Shown: positions 39,063-50,462 of the stretch, in pieces | Position numbering within the stretch: position 1 is the first letter of the stretch | How the letters are laid out: every line of letters begins with the position of its first letter | Assembly: GCA_043825735.1 (NCBI GenBank) | Contig: JBDRRP010000006.1 | Span: forward strand, 1-50,894 | Reading direction: 5' to 3' | From: Pseudomonadota bacterium | GTDB taxonomy: Bacteria; Desulfobacterota; Desulfobacteria; Desulfobacterales; JBDRRP01 | DNA: 50,894 bases | Position numbers and translations under genes: made by a program | Notes under the pieces: model-generated | Databases searched by the model: none | The model's input: the letters and a program-made list of their open reading frames with translations, nothing else | What the model was told of the DNA's origin: nothing

Positions 39063-39837
39063 CTGTCTGCGCTCCTTCTTTGAGTTCAGCCACAATTTTT
39101 TTCATCACTACATGGGTGAATCCAGACGCGTCTTTTCTTGATATACCCTTCTTTTCCCAGTTGGTCTTTGAAAACCACCCACCTGAAAATTCCTCAATTA
39201 TCTTGGATGCTTCTCGGCTGTGGGTTCCTAATGCCTTTGTAAATTCACCCTGCTGAGCAAGGGTGCGGAAGCGTCTCCCTTCGCCGACGTGATAAGAAAC
39301 AGCTCTGCTAATAAAATAGTCAAGGCACTTGTTTGTAAGACGGGCGAAAAAGTCTCTTGCGAATATGCTGAACTGTTTGTTGGTGCCAAGTTTGGAAAAA
39401 GCGTCCTTAACATCGTCGGACGTCGTCCCGAATAGGCTTTGTGTGCGGCTTCCGATGATTTGTGTCATCGTTTCGGAGGCGGTCATCTGGGCCATTTCAC
39501 CAAGATCTGTTCTCCCGCCGTTATTGGCTAGTTTCTTGTCGATGGCATCCGAGAAAGCACCCATCACTTCCATAAGACTTGGTGAATCCGACACATCCAG
39601 ACCAGCGCTCTGGAGGGCTTGTCCAAAATCGTCGCTTTTGGCTGCAAGGGGCAATTGAGTGAGGAGCCATACCGTTTCAACCAGGCCCTTGTCTTCCGCA
39701 GCCAGTTTAAAACCCTGCTCTGCAGCGGCAATCGTTGCATTCGCTATTTGCGCAGTCCCAGCTCCGCCCTCGATAAGAGCAATAACTTGCTGCCATTTAC
39801 GTGTGCGAGGAAGATTACCTAATCTTATATGTCCCAT
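39055..39837 (-). CDS. Hypothetical helical protein (QatB-like partner)
   Basis: Native start MGHIRLG at 39837, since upstream codons are IS-derived; overlaps the QueC-like gene. QatB relation inferred from position and size. Confidence 0.65.
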   Translation of the reverse strand: MGHIRLGNLPRTRKWQQVIALIEGGAGTAQIANATIAAAEQGFKLAAEDKGLVETVWLLTQLPLAAKSDDFGQALQSAGLDVSDSPSLMEVMGAFSDAIDKKLANNGGRTDLGEMAQMTASETMTQIIGSRTQSLFGTTSDDVKDAFSKLGTNKQFSIFARDFFARLTNKCLDYFISRAVSYHVGEGRRFRTLAQQGEFTKALGTHSREASKIIEEFSGGWFSKTNWEKKGISRKDASGFTHVVMKKIVAELKEGAQTDG

Positions 39838-41236
39838 CACTCTTGTCCAAAAACCGATTTTTGGAAGCAAATCAGTGAGTCATTGAAAAAATCCTCCTTG
39901 GGGGCAATGTTGATCTGCGACGATTAACAAACGCCCAAGCACCAAGGAGGATGGCCCATGATACGGCATGCGAGTCTTTTCAGTCAATTGATCTCCATTT
40001 TCGACCGAAGCCGGTTTCATAAGCTGGTAGCCGACCGCAAGGCCGAGAAATACGCAAAAGGATTTTCCTGTTGGGACCAGTTTGTTGCCATGCTTTTTTG
40101 CCAGTTGGCCCAAGCCAAGAGCCTGCGCGAGATCTGCGGTGGATTGTCCTGCTGCGCCGGCAAACTTCGGCACTTAGGAGTGCGCCGTGCGCCGAACAAA
40201 TCCACACTGAGCTACGCCAACACCCATCGCCCGTGGCAGCTTTTTCAAGACATGTTTTACCAGACGCTGGATCATGTGCGCATGCAGGCCCCTGAGCATC
40301 GGTTTAAATTCAAAAATAAGCTGCTATCCATGGATAGTTCCACCATCTCGCTGTGCCTGTCACTTTTCCCATGGGCAAAGTTCCGGCGCACCAAAGGCGC
40401 GGTCAAACTGCATATGCTGCTGGATCATGACGGGTATCTGCCTGCATATGTGTATATCACCAATGGAAAACGTCACGAGGTAACCACGGCGCGCCATGTG
40501 CCGTTGGCTCCCGGATCGATTGTCGCCATGGACCGCGGATACAATGATTACGGTCTGTACTCTCAGTGGACCCGAGACGGGATCTATTTTGTCACCCGTC
40601 TTAAAGACAACGCCGACTACGAAGTGCTCGAACAACGAAAAGTGCCACAACGCCGTAGCGTACTCTCTGACGAGCTGATCCGGCTATCCAGTCTGAAAGC
40701 ACGAAAGGTATGCCAGGATATCTTGCGCCGGGTGGTGGTCTGGGACAAAGTCAACGAGTGCGAGATCGTTTTGCTTACAAACCACCTGGACTTTGGGGCA
40801 ACCACCATCGCCGCCATCTATAAGGAGCGCTGGCAAATTGAACTCTTTTTCAAAGCCCTCAAACAGAACCTGAAGGTTAAAACCTTTGTCGGCACCAGCG
40901 AGAACGCCCTTTACATTCAGATTTGGACAGCACTAATTGCCATGCTTCTGATCAAGTATCTCAAATTCAAATCCCGGTTCGATTGGTCGTTGTCGAATCT
41001 GGTCGCTTTTTTGCGCTGGAACCTGTTTACATACCGAAATCTGTGGGAGTGGATCGACAAACCTTACGACGTCTTGCCAATTGCGCCCAAGTCTGTCCAA
41101 GATTTACTCCCACTTCGTTTTGGACAGCATCGTGAGCAATTTGCAACCTGATTTTGAAAAGGCGCCAGATTGCCTCTTAACGCCTTGATTTTACATACTG
41201 CCAGTTAGACGATTCGGACTATTTTGGACAGCAGTG
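39838..41236 (+). mobile_element. IS4 family insertion sequence (1399 bp)
   Basis: TIRs CACTCTTGTCCAAAA / CACTGCTGTCCAAAA; 9-bp TSD ATGTCCCAT at 39829-39837 and 41237-41245. Confidence 0.93.
39958..41151 (+). CDS. IS4 family DDE transposase
   Basis: MDSS, MDRGY and YKERWQIELFFK (YREK motif). Confidence 0.95.
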   Translation: MIRHASLFSQLISIFDRSRFHKLVADRKAEKYAKGFSCWDQFVAMLFCQLAQAKSLREICGGLSCCAGKLRHLGVRRAPNKSTLSYANTHRPWQLFQDMFYQTLDHVRMQAPEHRFKFKNKLLSMDSSTISLCLSLFPWAKFRRTKGAVKLHMLLDHDGYLPAYVYITNGKRHEVTTARHVPLAPGSIVAMDRGYNDYGLYSQWTRDGIYFVTRLKDNADYEVLEQRKVPQRRSVLSDELIRLSSLKARKVCQDILRRVVVWDKVNECEIVLLTNHLDFGATTIAAIYKERWQIELFFKALKQNLKVKTFVGTSENALYIQIWTALIAMLLIKYLKFKSRFDWSLSNLVAFLRWNLFTYRNLWEWIDKPYDVLPIAPKSVQDLLPLRFGQHREQFAT

Positions 41237-41765
41237 ATGTCCCATAGAACACCTAATTCCAATTCTATGATAGCCCAAAATATCTTATCAAAGTTTCGGG
41301 GAAATAATACAAGATCATTTTTCGAGTGCCCACCAATAAATAACCGAAAACAGACTATGAGACACACCGCCAGCCCATGCTACTTTGACTAGTGCACGAC
41401 CGAATTAAGCTAAAACGACGGATTTTATTTGAGTTTTCACTCGTATTTTGGCACAATGTTGCCACATGCCATAGAAATGAGCAGAAACGACTTGGATTCC
41501 TGAGTTCGAGGACACCGCCGACGCTCTTGCTCCGTTCGGGAGCAACTTCTGATGAACGTATCGCCCTCCGCATCGCCTCGGCCGACCCCGTCGCGTAGCC
41601 GCCGAGGCGCTCCGACAGGCGCGATCACACTCGTTACTGGATGAGCGCCGAAAAAAAGCTGAAATGTCGCAAAATAATTCAGTGTGTGACCTGATCTGAC
41701 AAAAGGCGGTGATAGAGTGATCAAGGATCGTTCATCTTCACCATCTAATATTTCGAGGAATTACG

Positions 41766-44417
41766 ATGGGTTTTAGCACTGAATTCCTGTGGGCGAAGAC
41801 AGACGGGCAAGTCAGCGGTAAATGGCATCCGCTCATTCTTCACATGCTGGATGTCGCTGCGTGCGCCGACGCAATCCTGGGCAGAGAGCCGAAAGCGACG
41901 AGAAATCGATTTGGCGCTGTTTTGGGTGGTCAATGGGATGAGGCCCGAGCATGGATTTTGGTTCTGGCGGCCGCTCATGACTTGGGGAAATGCTGCCCGG
42001 GATTCCAGTGCAAATGGCCGGACTTGTCGCCGAATACCGGCCTGCCATTGCCAAGATGCCCAAATACGAGAATCAACCACGCCTTTGTAAGTCAAATCGC
42101 ACTGATGGAAGCCTTGATCGAAAAAGGATGGCCGGAAGAACTGTCGGATCTGGCGGCCGATGCGGTCGGGTGTCACCATGGGGAAAGGGCAAATCCGGCT
42201 TTACTGGATACCTTGGGGGGCGATCGGAGTGCTCGCGGCGACAGGGCTTGGGACAAAGCTCGGGGCTATCTGCTGGATGCGGTCATCGAAACGCTCGGCG
42301 CCGGGGACCCACCGCGCAAGCATACCTTGTCTGGTCCCGACTTCATGCTGCTGGCCGGATTGACCAGTTTCACCGACTGGATCGGTTCAAACGAGGAGTG
42401 GTTTTCATTCGGCAAGCCCGAGGACTGTAACGATTTAAAGGGGTGGTTAGAAAATCGGCGCCTGAAAGCAAATCAGGCATTGGATGCCATCGGCTGGCAC
42501 CGGCGGAAGCCGCTTTCTGCCAAACACACTTCATTCAGAGACGTTTTCAATCTGAATCCCAGGCCTCTTCAGGAAACGGTCGAAAACCTTTTACCCGATA
42601 TTACCGGACCGGCCGTACTGTTGATCGAGGCGCCGATGGGGGAGGGAAAGACCGAGGCCGCCTTCTATGCCCACTTGGAACTGCAACGCCGGTTGGGTCA
42701 CCGGGGATTGTATGTGGCGCTGCCGACGAAAGCCACCGGCAATGCGATGTTTATGCGCACGCTGGGTTTTCTTTCCGGCCAGCGCAAGGAAAGGGTGCTC
42801 GACCTTCAGTTGGTGCACGGCGGCACCCTGTTGAATGATGCGTTTCAGGACCTCCGATTCTCCGGGGTCCATGACACGGAATCGGGAGGGGGAATTCGTG
42901 CGGGCGAATGGTTCACCCAAAAAAAACGCGCCCTTTTGTCGGAGTACGGGGTCGGCACGGTGGATCAGGCGTTGCTGCCGATTTTGCCGGTGCGCCATCA
43001 ATTCGTAAGGCTTTGGGGGCTTGCCAACCGGGTGGTCATCTTCGATGAGATTCACGCCTATGACGCCTATACCGGCACGCTTCTGGTCCATCTTCTGAAA
43101 TGGCTTCTGGCTCTGGGTTCGTCGATAGTGCTGCTGTCGGCGACGTTGCCCCCTTCGATACGACGCAAAATCGCCGACGCGGTAAATTCAGGTATGCCGG
43201 AAATCGAATCGCCCTACCCCCGCCTGACCTGTTTCCATTCCGGGACGGTCAGCCAGATTCATTTCATGCCGGATCCGAAGCGGCGTCGTGAGATCCGCCT
43301 CGGAGGAATTCCGGAAGACCTGCCATCCGTTTATTCGGCCATCGTTCAGCGTCTGTTTGAAGGTGGACTGGGCCTGGCCCTCATGAATACGGTTCAACGC
43401 GCTCAGGATCTGTACCGGCTTTTTCCCGAAGGCGAACCAATGGCGTCAAAGGGGCATAGGGTGGGGAAGCGTTTGGCGGACGGCACGGAAATCTATCTCT
43501 TTCACGCCAGGTTTCCTGCCGACCGCAGGCAGGTCAGAGAGGATCGGGTGCTTGCTGTATTCGGAAATGACGCCGACCGGAAAGGGAGAAAAATACTGAT
43601 CGCCACCCAGGTGGCGGAGCAAAGTCTCGATTTGGACTTCGATGTGATGGTGACAGATCTGGCGCCGATCGACCTCGTTTTACAGCGTGCGGGCAGGCTG
43701 TGGCGCCACGAAGTGAGCCATCGGGCCGTTCCGGTCCCGATGCTGCTGATTTCTGGCCTTGTCGGAGAGAGCCCATCCTCTTTTGAAAAACCGTTGTGGT
43801 GGAGTTCGGTTTACCGTGAAGACGTTTTGCTGCGGACCTGGTGTTTGCTGAAGGGGCGGGATATTTTGCATCTGCCGGAGGAGATCGATGACTTGGTGAA
43901 GGCGGTATACGAAGAAGAAATCGACGTTACCGATTCCATTCGGGCAAGATTGGAAAAGGCGCTTGAGAATAATGACGGCGACGCCTTTGCGCTCAGTATT
44001 CAGGCCCACCAGGCCATCATCGGGCTGCCGGATGACGCGTCCTGGAACGATCCGACGAGATTTGTTCTCTTCGACGATGATGCCCCCGGCGTTCATCGCA
44101 CCTTGATGGCCCGGACACGTATCGGGCGAGAATCTGTTCTCTCTATTCCTTTGTCCGTGGAGGATGGGTTTAGGGAAGACCAAACTCCCGGTTTTCCAAC
44201 GGCCAAAGATTGGTACGGCAGGGCGGTCAGCCTGTCGAGAACGCATGTTGTCCGCACGATGAGAACGATCGGCGTTCCGGATGGCTGGCACCAATCGCCG
44301 CTGTTGAGAAACTGTTACCCGTTGACTCTGGATGATGACGGCCGGTGGATCGAGGATCCGTCAGCGCGTTTGGATGATGAGTTGGGAATCGTTTACGAAC
44401 CGAAGGAGGCACAATGA
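41766..44417 (+). CDS. cas3: Cas3 HD nuclease-helicase
   Basis: HMLDV, AHDLGK, HHG, APMGEGKT, DEIH, SAT, QRAGRLWRH. Confidence 0.95.
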   Translation: MGFSTEFLWAKTDGQVSGKWHPLILHMLDVAACADAILGREPKATRNRFGAVLGGQWDEARAWILVLAAAHDLGKCCPGFQCKWPDLSPNTGLPLPRCPNTRINHAFVSQIALMEALIEKGWPEELSDLAADAVGCHHGERANPALLDTLGGDRSARGDRAWDKARGYLLDAVIETLGAGDPPRKHTLSGPDFMLLAGLTSFTDWIGSNEEWFSFGKPEDCNDLKGWLENRRLKANQALDAIGWHRRKPLSAKHTSFRDVFNLNPRPLQETVENLLPDITGPAVLLIEAPMGEGKTEAAFYAHLELQRRLGHRGLYVALPTKATGNAMFMRTLGFLSGQRKERVLDLQLVHGGTLLNDAFQDLRFSGVHDTESGGGIRAGEWFTQKKRALLSEYGVGTVDQALLPILPVRHQFVRLWGLANRVVIFDEIHAYDAYTGTLLVHLLKWLLALGSSIVLLSATLPPSIRRKIADAVNSGMPEIESPYPRLTCFHSGTVSQIHFMPDPKRRREIRLGGIPEDLPSVYSAIVQRLFEGGLGLALMNTVQRAQDLYRLFPEGEPMASKGHRVGKRLADGTEIYLFHARFPADRRQVREDRVLAVFGNDADRKGRKILIATQVAEQSLDLDFDVMVTDLAPIDLVLQRAGRLWRHEVSHRAVPVPMLLISGLVGESPSSFEKPLWWSSVYREDVLLRTWCLLKGRDILHLPEEIDDLVKAVYEEEIDVTDSIRARLEKALENNDGDAFALSIQAHQAIIGLPDDASWNDPTRFVLFDDDAPGVHRTLMARTRIGRESVLSIPLSVEDGFREDQTPGFPTAKDWYGRAVSLSRTHVVRTMRTIGVPDGWHQSPLLRNCYPLTLDDDGRWIEDPSARLDDELGIVYEPKEAQ

Positions 44418-45931
44418 GCCGCTTCAATTTGATTGACGAGAAATGGATTCCGGTGCGTTTCCCGGATGGCAGCCGCGATGAGTTGGGCATACGCGATACA
44501 CTACTTCGGGCAGGGGAAATCGCGTCCATCGAGGATCCATCTCCTTTGGTTGTCGCTGCGTTGTATCGATTCTTGCTGGCTGTTTTGTACCGTGCGCTGG
44601 AGGGGCCGGCCGATTTTGACAACGCACGAAGCCTGTTCAGCGACGGATTTCCAAAAGATAAAGTGGTTCAATATCTCCAAGAAAGCCGTGATCGGTTTTG
44701 GCTGTTTCATGAGAAATACCCATTTGGCCAGAATATCAACGTTCCTGCTGGTAGGACCGAGCCGTGGACCAAACTAACGGCCGAGCACAATGCCACCTCA
44801 AACAAGGTCCTATTCGATCACACCGACACAAAACTGCCAGGTAGCAGAAAGCCTGAAGAATGCGTGCGATGGTTGCTGGCAACAATGAATTTTTCGATCG
44901 CCGGTGGAAGAGGGTACTATCCGTCACCGTCACCGAATGCGATGTTTTGTATCGCTCTGGGCCAAAATCTGTTCAAGACGCTTTGTTACAATCTGGTCCC
45001 GTATCCGAACCGATTCGCTATGGAGGGAGATTCGGCATTGTGGGAGCGGGAGCCCGCAGCTTTGCCACTTACAACACCCAAACGTTTATCGTCCGGGTAC
45101 GCGGATCTCTACACATGGCCAGCGAGATTCGTTCTCTTTGAGGCGAAAACCGATTGTGAAGTTTCAAAAATGGGATTCGTGGCCGGCTATGGGTTTGATA
45201 ACTCAATTAAGTCGCTTGATCCGATGCAGCCTCACAGAGAAGACAGGGATAACGGTCTTCTACCGATCCAGTTTAAGTTAAACAGGGGAACTTGGCGGGA
45301 TTTTGACTCATTACTTCCCGGCGAAAACACACTTGCGCCGGCAACCGTCCAAAACGCGTTTCGGTTAGCCGGCAAAAGAGCGAAGGAGCTACCGAAATCT
45401 GTTTTGGTTCTTGGTTTAAAATACGCACCTCCGAATGCAAACGTTGACTTTTGGCGTATGGAGAGCTTCGCCCTGCCGACTGCATTAGCAGGGGACCGGT
45501 TCATTCGGTCTGACATCAAGCGAATTCTGGAGGATGCGGAGGAAACCCACAATGCACTTTGGGCCGCTTGTAGGGCCTACGCACGAAATATCCTGAGCCA
45601 GGGTGATCGTAAACCTGAGAAAAAGGACATTCAAGGCTTTCTGGATCAGATGCCGGTGAGCGCCTGGTATTGGTCGACCCTGGAATCACGATTTCACGAA
45701 ATTTTACAAGACTACACGATTGATAGGAACCCGGATGACATCAGGTGGGAGTGGCTCAAGCATGTTCGAGATACATTACGGGATGCTTGGGGGAAACTCA
45801 GCGAATCGGTTCCCATGGGGGATGCATGGACGATCCGTGCACTGGTCAAAGCCGAAACCACAGTGCGTAAGCAGTTGGCAACACTTTCGGAAGTAATTGC
45901 CGAAATCGAACCAGAAAGGGAGGCGGTATGA
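44414..45931 (+). CDS. casA: Type I-E Cas8e/Cse1
   Basis: FNLIDEKWIPV, FWLFHEKYPFGQ, LFDH; operon position. Confidence 0.92.
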   Translation: MSRFNLIDEKWIPVRFPDGSRDELGIRDTLLRAGEIASIEDPSPLVVAALYRFLLAVLYRALEGPADFDNARSLFSDGFPKDKVVQYLQESRDRFWLFHEKYPFGQNINVPAGRTEPWTKLTAEHNATSNKVLFDHTDTKLPGSRKPEECVRWLLATMNFSIAGGRGYYPSPSPNAMFCIALGQNLFKTLCYNLVPYPNRFAMEGDSALWEREPAALPLTTPKRLSSGYADLYTWPARFVLFEAKTDCEVSKMGFVAGYGFDNSIKSLDPMQPHREDRDNGLLPIQFKLNRGTWRDFDSLLPGENTLAPATVQNAFRLAGKRAKELPKSVLVLGLKYAPPNANVDFWRMESFALPTALAGDRFIRSDIKRILEDAEETHNALWAACRAYARNILSQGDRKPEKKDIQGFLDQMPVSAWYWSTLESRFHEILQDYTIDRNPDDIRWEWLKHVRDTLRDAWGKLSESVPMGDAWTIRALVKAETTVRKQLATLSEVIAEIEPEREAV

Positions 45932-46446
45932 GCGGATTCATCGAATGGCTTGAAACGCTGAGTGAAAAGGATAGCAAGGTGAGAGCGGTACTCCGGCGAA
46001 GTCTGGCCTTCGATCCGGGGCAGTTTGTACCCGCTTATCCTTATGTGGAACCGTTTGTAAAAAACGAAACCAACTCCTGGCGGCGGAAAGCCCACTATCT
46101 GGTGGCCGGCGTTTGGGCTGCGCATTGGCGTGAAGGTGAAAAAGGGGGCGTAATTCCCCTTGGAAGGGCCGGCGCCGCTTATCAGACCGCCAGCGGCTCG
46201 ACAAGCACGGAGCGGCGATTCATCACGTTGCTCGATTCGGATGAGGATCAGTTGCCAAATCGCCTCAGGCAAATCATCGCGCTTCTTAAGGACTACCCGA
46301 TTGATTTCGAGGCGCTCTTGAAAGGGCTCCTGTACTGGAACGCCGATAGGAAGCCGACCCAGAACGCATGGGCTCGGGACTTCTACAGAGCATCCGCGAT
46401 GGAAGAAAAAGATATCACCACCAAAAAGGAGGAGGTTGTCCAATGA
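45928..46446 (+). CDS. casB: Type I-E Cas11/Cse2
   Basis: RAVLRRSL, ERRFITLL, WARDFY. Confidence 0.92.
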   Translation: MSGFIEWLETLSEKDSKVRAVLRRSLAFDPGQFVPAYPYVEPFVKNETNSWRRKAHYLVAGVWAAHWREGEKGGVIPLGRAGAAYQTASGSTSTERRFITLLDSDEDQLPNRLRQIIALLKDYPIDFEALLKGLLYWNADRKPTQNAWARDFYRASAMEEKDITTKKEEVVQ

Positions 46447-47603
46447 AGAAGATCATCGAAATCCACGCGCTGCAGAACTTTGCTCCCTCAAATTTGAACC
46501 GGGACGATACCGGCGCACCCAAGGATGCCCTGTTCGGTGGTTCCCGGCGGTCGCGCGTATCGAGCCAGTGCCTCAAACGGTCGATTCGGCAGCACTTTGG
46601 CGACCTTTTGGCAAAGGGGGAATTATCCGAGGAAGATAAAGCTTTTCGAACCAAGCGAATCCTGGAGCCCCTGATTGAAAAACTGGTCGAATTTGATCGT
46701 GATAAGGACGAAGCGGAAGCAAAGGTGCGACTCGCCTTGGGTGCTGTCGGAATCAAGGTCAAGGATGATGGCAAGACCGAGTATCTGCTGTTCGTGGGTA
46801 AGCGAGAGATTGATACAATCGCCAAAATCATCGATCAGCAGTGGGTTAATATCACAGCCGACAAGACGGCGCCGGTCGAGGGGAAGAAAGCGGGTAAGGC
46901 CAAAAAACAGGCATCCAAAAGCGCCGACCCGGAATTGAAGAAATCGCTCGATGCGGTGTTCGACGGCGGCAAGGCTGTGGATGTGGCACTTTTCGGACGG
47001 ATGCTGGCGGATATGCCACAGAAGAATCAAGATGCCGCCTGTCAGGTGGCCCATGCCATATCGACACACGCAATCGAACGTGAGTTCGATTTCTATACCG
47101 CTGTCGATGACCGCAAACCCGACGATAACGCCGGCGCAGATATGATGGGCACCATCGAGTTCAATTCCGCCTGCTTCTATCGTTATGCGGTGGTGGATTG
47201 GGAGAAACTGATTTCAAACCTGCAGGACGACGCGAACCTGGCCTCCAAAGGATTGCGTGCTTTTCTGGAAGGTTTTGTCATTGCCGAGCCGACCGGCAAA
47301 CAGAACACTTTCGCCGCACACAATCCGCCCGAATTCGTGGCCGTGTCGGTACGTCGCGAAAGCGCCCCCAGAAGTTTTGCAAATGCATTCGAAACAGCAG
47401 TTCGAGTCCGTAATAAAGAGTCCCTGACAAAAAAGTCGGTGGAGTTGTTGGTCCAGAAAGCCAAAGCGCTTGCGGCTGCTTATGGCGGCAACGGAGAAAC
47501 CTTTTGCCTGAACCTCACCGGCGCGGACCTGGACGGCTTCGGCAAGAGTGTTCCAACCCTCTCCGAACTTTTGGATCGGTCCATCAATGCAATAAAGGAG
47601 TGA
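46443..47603 (+). CDS. cas7e: Type I-E Cas7
   Basis: IHALQNFAPSNLNRDDTGAPK, RVSSQCLKR, DVALFGRM, DFYTAVDD. Confidence 0.95.
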   Translation: MKKIIEIHALQNFAPSNLNRDDTGAPKDALFGGSRRSRVSSQCLKRSIRQHFGDLLAKGELSEEDKAFRTKRILEPLIEKLVEFDRDKDEAEAKVRLALGAVGIKVKDDGKTEYLLFVGKREIDTIAKIIDQQWVNITADKTAPVEGKKAGKAKKQASKSADPELKKSLDAVFDGGKAVDVALFGRMLADMPQKNQDAACQVAHAISTHAIEREFDFYTAVDDRKPDDNAGADMMGTIEFNSACFYRYAVVDWEKLISNLQDDANLASKGLRAFLEGFVIAEPTGKQNTFAAHNPPEFVAVSVRRESAPRSFANAFETAVRVRNKESLTKKSVELLVQKAKALAAAYGGNGETFCLNLTGADLDGFGKSVPTLSELLDRSINAIKE

Positions 47604-47606
47604 GCC

Positions 47607-48302
47607 ATGCCGACACTGCTGCTTCGCCTGGCCGGTCCAATGCAGTCCTGGGGGACGACGAGTCGTTTCGATCATAGAGACACCGGAAAAGAACCCTGCA
47701 AGTCCGGTGTGATCGGGTTGCTGGCGGCCGCGATGGGAATCGATCGATCCAACTGGGTGGATCTCGAGCCGTTGACAAAACTTTCGATGGCCGTGCGACA
47801 TGACCGGCCCGGGATTTTCAAGCGGGATTACCAAACGGCCGGCTGTGCCGCTTCCGATAAAATGATCAAGGCCGATGGATCCTTGTCCAAGGATGGTGTG
47901 GTCTCCCATCGTTACTATCTTGCCGACGCGGTCTTTCTTGTCGGTTTGGAGGGCGGCGATATCGGTTTGCTCGAAAAGGCATCCGCTGCGCTGGCGAACC
48001 CCTGCTGGTCCCTTTCGTTGGGCAGAAAAGCCTACGTTCCGTCGGAACCCGTTCCGATGGAAGACGGTCTGCAGGGTGGCGCGTTGAGAGAAGTCGTATC
48101 CAATTATCCGTGGATTGCGACGAAAAGGAAATGGGAATCGCCGCCGGAGAAACTGCTTCTGTCTTCTGAATCCGCCGACGAATCAGGTGTATTGAAAATG
48201 GATCAGCCGCTCTCTTCGTTTGCCGAACGCCGTTTCGGCGCTCGATTCATCCGGTCGGAGTGGATTCCTTTCCCGCAGGAGGTGGCCCATGTACCTGCAT
48301 AG
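47607..48302 (+). CDS. cas5e: Type I-E Cas5
   Basis: LRLAGPMQSWG, KSGVIGLLAAAMG, YLADA, LGRK. Confidence 0.95.
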   Translation: MPTLLLRLAGPMQSWGTTSRFDHRDTGKEPCKSGVIGLLAAAMGIDRSNWVDLEPLTKLSMAVRHDRPGIFKRDYQTAGCAASDKMIKADGSLSKDGVVSHRYYLADAVFLVGLEGGDIGLLEKASAALANPCWSLSLGRKAYVPSEPVPMEDGLQGGALREVVSNYPWIATKRKWESPPEKLLLSSESADESGVLKMDQPLSSFAERRFGARFIRSEWIPFPQEVAHVPA

Positions 48303-48963
48303 GATCCATCTCGACCCTAGAAGCAAGGAAGCCCGTCGTGACCTGGCGGACCCGTACCAACTTCATTCGACATTGTGCCGTGCATTCTGCCCTCCTGACC
48401 AAAGATGTTTCGAAGGACTTTTTCTATGGCGCCTCGAACCCGAAACCGATCCATTCGGTTTGCCCCGGATTCTGGTGCAGAGCCGATCCATTCCGGACTG
48501 GGAGGGCATCGGTGTGAAAGGGTGGCTTGCAAAGGCGGACCCACCCGTCGACCTTGAAAAACGTCTCGATTGCGAAGTGTTCTCCAGCGGCATGATGTTT
48601 CGCTTCCGGTTGCGGGCCAATCCGTGTGTATGCAGAAATGGGAAACGGATAGGGTTGCTGAAACTGACGGAACAGGAATCGTGGATATTGCGAAAGGGGG
48701 ATCTGCACGGTTTTTCGCTGCCGGGCGCTGCATCTTTCGATTTGTCGGAACCCGCGCAACCGCGAGTCGATGTGCGGATTTCTCACCCTCAGATGCTCCA
48801 GGGCAGACAGCATTCCGGCAATGGGATTCGCGTTTTCTCGGTGCTCTACGATGGCTTCCTCTCGATCACCAAGGCCGACAGATTCAGAGAAGCACTCCGA
48901 AAAGGCATCGGCCACGGAAAAAGCATGGGGCTCGGGCTTCTGTCTTTGGCGCCAGTGAGATAA
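48289..48963 (+). CDS. cas6e: Type I-E Cas6
   Basis: YQLH, FRLRANP, G-loop GIGHGKSMGLGLL. Confidence 0.95.
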   Translation: MYLHRIHLDPRSKEARRDLADPYQLHSTLCRAFCPPDQRCFEGLFLWRLEPETDPFGLPRILVQSRSIPDWEGIGVKGWLAKADPPVDLEKRLDCEVFSSGMMFRFRLRANPCVCRNGKRIGLLKLTEQESWILRKGDLHGFSLPGAASFDLSEPAQPRVDVRISHPQMLQGRQHSGNGIRVFSVLYDGFLSITKADRFREALRKGIGHGKSMGLGLLSLAPVR

Positions 48964-49186
48964 GGCAATGGCGTTTTTAGTGCATCTATAATCACATAAA
49001 AACTGGATGCTCGTGGCTTTGGCGAAAACAAAACAGTGGTCTGTAAAGGCGGCAGATTGCCGAAGAGCCTGCGGAAAACTGGAGGATATTGACCGAATGA
49101 CATGGTCTGGTCGTGTCATCGGAGAATTACCCTGAGGAACCTGGGAGCAGGAAGCGCCTGAAACGGAAAACGAAGCGGGAAATCGA

Positions 49187-50405
<1,219 letters not shown>

Positions 50406-50462
50406 TTCGGTACGTCTGAAGGCTCTTTGAAAATTCAATCATTTGATAAGCTTAGAATTAGT
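50406..50462 (+). promoter_or_regulatory. CRISPR leader
   Basis: Short AT-rich stretch between cas2 and the first repeat. Confidence 0.7.

Larger units (their letters stand above)
32213..39837 (-). mobile_element. Phage-satellite-like integrative element (alpA-rep-xis-int plus defence cargo); right boundary not determined
   Basis: Coupled alpA/primase-helicase/HTH/integrase genes, no capsid genes, att-like motifs after int. Confidence 0.7.

Noticed and set aside
39838..39870. N-terminal extension MLPKIGFWTRV of the QatB-like ORF
   Set aside because: Lies inside the IS4 end; the native start is the ATG at 39837.
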